From the NCBI GenBank assembly GCA_903944165.1, contig CAJAQT010000125.1, positions 287 to 64,286 of the forward strand: a stretch of 64,000 bases of DNA, written 5' to 3'. This stretch comes from an uncultured Methylococcaceae bacterium. GTDB taxonomy: Bacteria > Pseudomonadota > Gammaproteobacteria > Methylococcales > Methylomonadaceae. Numbering within the stretch: position 1 is the first letter of the stretch; each line of letters begins with the position of its first letter. The position numbers were made by a program, and so were the translations under genes. Shown here one piece after another: positions 59,990-64,000 of the stretch. Under the pieces are notes generated by a model. The model was not told where the DNA came from, did no database searches, and saw only the letters and a program-made list of their open reading frames with translations.

Positions 59990-60382
59990 ATGACAATTAG
60001 CTTTAACAAAGCGTTAGGCATTCATCCTCAAGCACTGGCATTACGAGAAAAACGTAGTGAAATGATTGCTGCGAATTTAGCGAATGCAGACACACCTAAC
60101 TATAAAGCACGTGACTTGGATTTTTCAGCAGTGTTTCAGAAAACCATGTCATCAACAATGGGTCTTCAACAAACCCAAGAAAGACATTTAAGCTTAAGTA
60201 ATGAATTGTTAGGTGCGCATTTAAAGTATCGCAACCCTAACCAAGTTTCATTAGACGGTAACACAGTTGAAGAGCATTTAGAACAAGCCAATTACTCTCA
60301 AAATGCCGTGCAATATGAAGCCAGTTTACAGTTTTTATCCAATAACTTTGCCGGTCTAATGACCGCCATAAAAGGACAATAA
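59990..60382 (+). CDS. flgB: Flagellar basal-body rod protein FlgB
   Basis: IAANLANADTPNYKARD, SLDGNTV. Confidence 0.96.
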   Translation: MTISFNKALGIHPQALALREKRSEMIAANLANADTPNYKARDLDFSAVFQKTMSSTMGLQQTQERHLSLSNELLGAHLKYRNPNQVSLDGNTVEEHLEQANYSQNAVQYEASLQFLSNNFAGLMTAIKGQ

Positions 60383-60384
60383 CC

Positions 60385-60801
60385 ATGTCATCACTCAATA
60401 TTTTTAATATTGCCGGCAGCGGCATGAATGCACAATCACTCCGACTTAACTTAGTCGCAAGTAATATTTCCAACGCTAGCAGTGTGAGCAGCAGCGAGGA
60501 AGACACCTATAAATCAAGGCAGCCGGTATTTTCAGCAGAGTTAAAAAACATACTTAATCAAAAAGATGCGGCTAGCAAAGTTAACGTACTAGGCGTTTTA
60601 GAAAGTGAAGCTCCTGCAATTATGGAATACGCACCGAATCACCCGAAAGCTGACAAAGATGGGTATATTTTTAAACCCAATGTGAACACGGTTGAAGAAA
60701 TGGCCAATATGATGTCAGCCTCTCGCTCTTATCAAAACAATGTTGAAGTCTTGAATACCGCCAAACAACTTATTTTACAAACGTTAAAAATGGGGCAATA
60801 G
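60385..60801 (+). CDS. flgC: Flagellar basal-body rod protein FlgC
   Basis: GSGMNAQSLRLNLVASNISNA, PNHPKADKDGY, SRSYQNN. Confidence 0.97.
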   Translation: MSSLNIFNIAGSGMNAQSLRLNLVASNISNASSVSSSEEDTYKSRQPVFSAELKNILNQKDAASKVNVLGVLESEAPAIMEYAPNHPKADKDGYIFKPNVNTVEEMANMMSASRSYQNNVEVLNTAKQLILQTLKMGQ

Positions 60802-60811
60802 GAATTAAATC

Positions 60812-61483
60812 ATGAGCACAGTCAATCCTTATAGCAGTATTAGTAATAGCTTACAAAACACCAGCAGTGCTATTAAAAAAAACACCTTAGATCAAAGTGA
60901 ATTTTTAAAGTTAATGACCACACAAATGACCCACCAAGATCCAACTAAGCCCATGGATAATGGCGAGTTTGTTTCGCAAATGGCACAAATTGGCACCGTC
61001 TCAGGCATTCAAGATTTACAACAATCCTTCAATAATTTCTCTACGTCAATTAGTTCAGATCAATCCTTACAAGCGGCGGGCTTAGTAGGGAGGAATGTGT
61101 CGGTAGCCTCAGATTTTGGCGTGTTACCCGCAGGTGGCGACATTAACGGCAACTTTAGCTTAGCTACCAGCTCCGCAACCACCAATGTCATCATCAGCGA
61201 TCCAAATACAGATGAAATCATTAAAACGATACCTTTAGATTCACAGTCTGCCGGCACGATTCCTTTCAAATGGGATGGCACTAACGACAACGGCGTTATG
61301 GTTAATCCTGGTCTGTATAAAATAAGAGCAGAAGCGTTAATTGATAACGCGAATACTGCCATTCAACCCAATATCATGTCAAAAGTTGACAGCGTCACTA
61401 TGGGTAATAATGCAACGGGAGTGCAAGTCAATATTGCTGGTTTAGGTGCAATGAGTTTTAACAAAATCAAAGAAATACTTTAA
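60812..61483 (+). CDS. flgD: Flagellar hook capping protein FlgD
   Basis: FLKLMTTQMTHQDPTKPMDN.EFVSQMAQ. Confidence 0.96.
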   Translation: MSTVNPYSSISNSLQNTSSAIKKNTLDQSEFLKLMTTQMTHQDPTKPMDNGEFVSQMAQIGTVSGIQDLQQSFNNFSTSISSDQSLQAAGLVGRNVSVASDFGVLPAGGDINGNFSLATSSATTNVIISDPNTDEIIKTIPLDSQSAGTIPFKWDGTNDNGVMVNPGLYKIRAEALIDNANTAIQPNIMSKVDSVTMGNNATGVQVNIAGLGAMSFNKIKEIL

Positions 61484-61503
61484 ACATCAACAGGAGAAAT
61501 ATC

Positions 61504-62709
61504 ATGGGTTATTTAACTGCACTCAGCGGACTCAGTGCCGCATCCAATAGCTTATCTGTCACAGGTAACAATATTGCTAACGCCAACACGTCAGGATTTA
61601 AAAAATCACGCACTGAATTTGCTGATATGTATTCTGGTACTTTACTAGGCGCCAGTAAAACTCAACCAGGCTCTGGCGTAGCCTTATCGCAAGTTGCCCA
61701 ACAATTTAACCAAGGAAATATTGATACCACTGAAAACGTATTAGATTTAGCCATTGGTGGAGAAGGTTTTTTTACTCTTGCACAAGATCCAACGCACCTT
61801 AGCAATATGAGCTATACCCGTAATGGCGCATTTAAAGTCAATAGCGATGGTGCCGTGGTCAATAACACTGGCAATGCACTCATGGTTACTGATGTGGGCG
61901 GTGGCACCTTAAGACCCTTGTTTTTACCCGCACGCGGCTTACCCACTGCCACTAGCTCCGTGAGTTTAAATATCAATTTAGATTATAATCAAACACCGAT
62001 TACCAATACCTTCGATCCTTTAAACGCCAAAACCTATAACAATCGTAATGACTCTATTATTTACGATTCATTAGGCGGGCAACATAAGATGACCACCTAC
62101 TTTACCCGCACGTCTGCCTCTGAGTGGACGGCGCATCATTACATTACCGACGATCCCTATACCCCAACGCCAATGGGTACAAGCGATGGCACACCCACCA
62201 AAGTAATACCCGTTCCTACCACGCCCTTTACGGTTGGCCCTTGGTCGCCTCCTAATGGCTCAGATCCAATTTCCATAACCATGGATTATTCTGGTTCAAC
62301 GTCTTTTGCCGGACCATTTAGTGTTGCCAAGATTAGCCAAAATGGCTATGCAGCAGGTGAATTAACAGGGATTAATATTGATGGTAATGGCTTAGTGAAT
62401 GCAAAATTCAGTAATGGTGCCACCGTGCCTCAAGCACAAATCGCCTTAACACGCTTTATCAATCCTCAAGGTCTCGCAAAAATAGGTGATACCAATTGGC
62501 AAGCAAGTTTAGATTCAGGCTTACCCGTCACCGGCAATCCTGGCACAGGTCGGTTTGGCAATATTAAATCCAGTGCCTTAGAGCTTTCCAATGTGGATTT
62601 GTCTAACCAATTAACTAATTTAATTGTTGCTCAACAAGCTTACCAAGCGAATGCCCAAGCGATTTCAACCGAAACCAGCATTATGCAAACCTTGCTACAA
62701 AAACTATAA
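61504..62709 (+). CDS. flgE: Flagellar hook protein FlgE
   Basis: GNNIANANTSGFK, DLAIGGEGFF, YTRNGAF, LELSNVDL..QAYQANAQ. Confidence 0.96.
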   Translation: MGYLTALSGLSAASNSLSVTGNNIANANTSGFKKSRTEFADMYSGTLLGASKTQPGSGVALSQVAQQFNQGNIDTTENVLDLAIGGEGFFTLAQDPTHLSNMSYTRNGAFKVNSDGAVVNNTGNALMVTDVGGGTLRPLFLPARGLPTATSSVSLNINLDYNQTPITNTFDPLNAKTYNNRNDSIIYDSLGGQHKMTTYFTRTSASEWTAHHYITDDPYTPTPMGTSDGTPTKVIPVPTTPFTVGPWSPPNGSDPISITMDYSGSTSFAGPFSVAKISQNGYAAGELTGINIDGNGLVNAKFSNGATVPQAQIALTRFINPQGLAKIGDTNWQASLDSGLPVTGNPGTGRFGNIKSSALELSNVDLSNQLTNLIVAQQAYQANAQAISTETSIMQTLLQKL

Positions 62710-62725
62710 ACCTTAGGAGTAAGCC

Positions 62726-63466
62726 ATGGACAGAAGTCTTTATATTGCAATGAGTGGTGCCAAACAAACGTTAATGGCTCAAGCTACAAACGCCAATAAT
62801 TTAGCCAATGCCCAAACCACTGGCTTTAAATCAGATATGGAGCAGTTTCGCAGTATGCCAGTATTTGGCGCAGGTTATCCCACGCGCGTGTATGCCATGA
62901 CAGAACGACCCGGCACTGACTTTACCCCTGGCGCAGTACAAACTACAGGTAAAGAGTTGGATGTGGCAATTAATGGCAAAGGTTTTTTTGCCGTCCAAGA
63001 TAGTGAGGGCAAAGAAGCCTACACCCGTGCAGGTGATTTACATTTAACGCCCGAGGGCTTATTACAAACTGGCACCGGCTTACAAGTCATTGGTCAGAAT
63101 GGTCCAATAGCCGTTCCTCCTGCACAAAAAATGGACATTGGCAGCGATGGCACTATCAGCATTGTGCCCTTAGGTGCAAATCCAAATGCCTTAGTCGTTC
63201 TTGATCGAATCAAAATGGTTGATTTACCTGAAAACACTATTGCGAAGAAAACAGATGGCTTAATTCATACCCAAGATGGTCTGCCACAACAAGCCAGTGC
63301 AAATGTCAGTCTTGTGCAAGGCGCACTTGAGAGCAGTAATGTCAATTCAATTCAAGCAATGGTTGAAATGATCGAGCTGTCAAAGAATTTTGAATTACAA
63401 AGCAAGGTGATGAAAAGTGCGAATGAACTCTCTGGGGTCAGTGCAAAACTTATGCAAATGTCATAA
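62726..63466 (+). CDS. flgF: Flagellar basal-body rod protein FlgF
   Basis: ANNLANAQTTGFK, EAYTRAGDL, LESSNVN..MVEMI. Confidence 0.96.
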   Translation: MDRSLYIAMSGAKQTLMAQATNANNLANAQTTGFKSDMEQFRSMPVFGAGYPTRVYAMTERPGTDFTPGAVQTTGKELDVAINGKGFFAVQDSEGKEAYTRAGDLHLTPEGLLQTGTGLQVIGQNGPIAVPPAQKMDIGSDGTISIVPLGANPNALVVLDRIKMVDLPENTIAKKTDGLIHTQDGLPQQASANVSLVQGALESSNVNSIQAMVEMIELSKNFELQSKVMKSANELSGVSAKLMQMS

Positions 63467-63531
63467 ACGCATAGCGTTAATTTGCTGTTATCCACACCTG
63501 CGGTTATTAACAATCAAACAAGGAAATTATC

Positions 63532-64000
63532 ATGACAGAACGTGCCTTATGGGTAGCCAAAACTGGACTCGATGCCCAACAAACAAGAATGGCAGTTATT
63601 TCAAATAACTTAGCTAACGTAAACACCACTGGATTTAAAAAATCTAGGGCAATATTTGAAGATTTAATTTATCAAAATATTCGTCAAGTAGGTGCTCAAT
63701 CTAATCAAAACAACACCTTACCCTCTGGTCTACAGCTGGGTACAGGTGTAAAAACTGTCGCTACAGAAAAAATTCATAGCCAAGGCAATATTCAACAAAC
63801 GGGCAATGATTTAGATGTCGCAATTAGTGGGCGTGGTTTTTTTCAAATCCAAATGCCCAATGGCGATATCAATTACTCCCGCGATGGCTCTTTTAAGCGT
63901 GATGCCGCAGGGCAGTTAGTTACCTCGGGGGGCTTAGTGTTAAACCCGCCCATTACCATTACGCCAACCGCCTTAAGTATTACCATTGGCAGCGATGGCA
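63532..64000 (+). CDS. flgG: Flagellar basal-body rod protein FlgG (truncated by the window end)
   Basis: Hand translation from ATG 63532: [48 protein letters not shown]...GLQLGTGV; open to the end of the window. Confidence 0.95.
   Translation, partial: MTERALWVAKTGLDAQQTRMAVISNNLANVNTTGFKKSRAIFEDLIYQNIRQVGAQSNQNNTLPSGLQLGTGVKTVATEKIHSQGNIQQTGNDLDVAISGRGFFQIQMPNGDINYSRDGSFKRDAAGQLVTSGGLVLNPPITITPTALSITIGSDG

Noticed and set aside
1459-63608. Numerous 60-190 aa antisense or out-of-frame ORFs in the track (e.g. 2790-3140, 3591-4172, 4793-5062, 20262-20831, 24425-24745, 37435-37791)
   Set aside because: They lie inside well-supported genes on the other strand or frame, carry no motifs, and read as shadow ORFs.
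1-64000. CRISPR arrays, IS elements, integrases, prophage, tRNA and rRNA genes
   Set aside because: No repeat-spacer pattern, transposase or integrase motif, cloverleaf or rRNA signature was found by eye; a tRNAscan/Rfam run would be needed to exclude small RNAs fully.

Overview
64 kb of chromosomal DNA from a low-GC Gammaproteobacterium. The protein sequences and gene complement suggest a Methylococcales methanotroph, but this is inference: no methane-oxidation gene is in the window. From left to right: (1) an exopolysaccharide export locus with a partial outer-membrane beta-barrel and a secreted Ala-rich protein on the minus strand, divergent from a short Wza/OPX, Wzc tyrosine kinase, TPR-like membrane protein and PPP-family phosphatase; (2) RNase P RNA; (3) a dcw cluster mraZ-rsmH-ftsL-ftsI-murE-murF-mraY-murD-ftsW-murG-murC-[murB::ddl fusion]-ftsQ-ftsA-ftsZ, not followed by lpxC; (4) a ~1,230-aa GltD/NfnB-like plus PyrK/NfnA-like fused flavo-Fe-S oxidoreductase; (5) an F7-like chemosensory cluster (cheY, cheA, 2x cheW, ParA-like, STAS, cheR, cheD, stand-alone CheB receiver, cheB) with no conventional receptor, ending in a small soluble protein with two MCP-tip-like motifs and an ODP-type di-iron protein; (6) a hopanoid locus (mlaA, hpnM, hpnH, divergent from sqs-shc-hpnG-hpnO) running directly into copC-copD-dxs-apt; (7) hypD-hypC; (8) flagellar genes ycgR, flgN, flgM, motAB, flgA, flgBCDEF and partial flgG, with recognisable sigma28 and sigma54 promoters. 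No tRNA, rRNA, IS, prophage or CRISPR array was seen. The best candidates for new biology are the double-tip receptor/ODP module, the copper-uptake pair inside the hopanoid operon, the MurB-Ddl fusion and the fused Nfn-like oxidoreductase.
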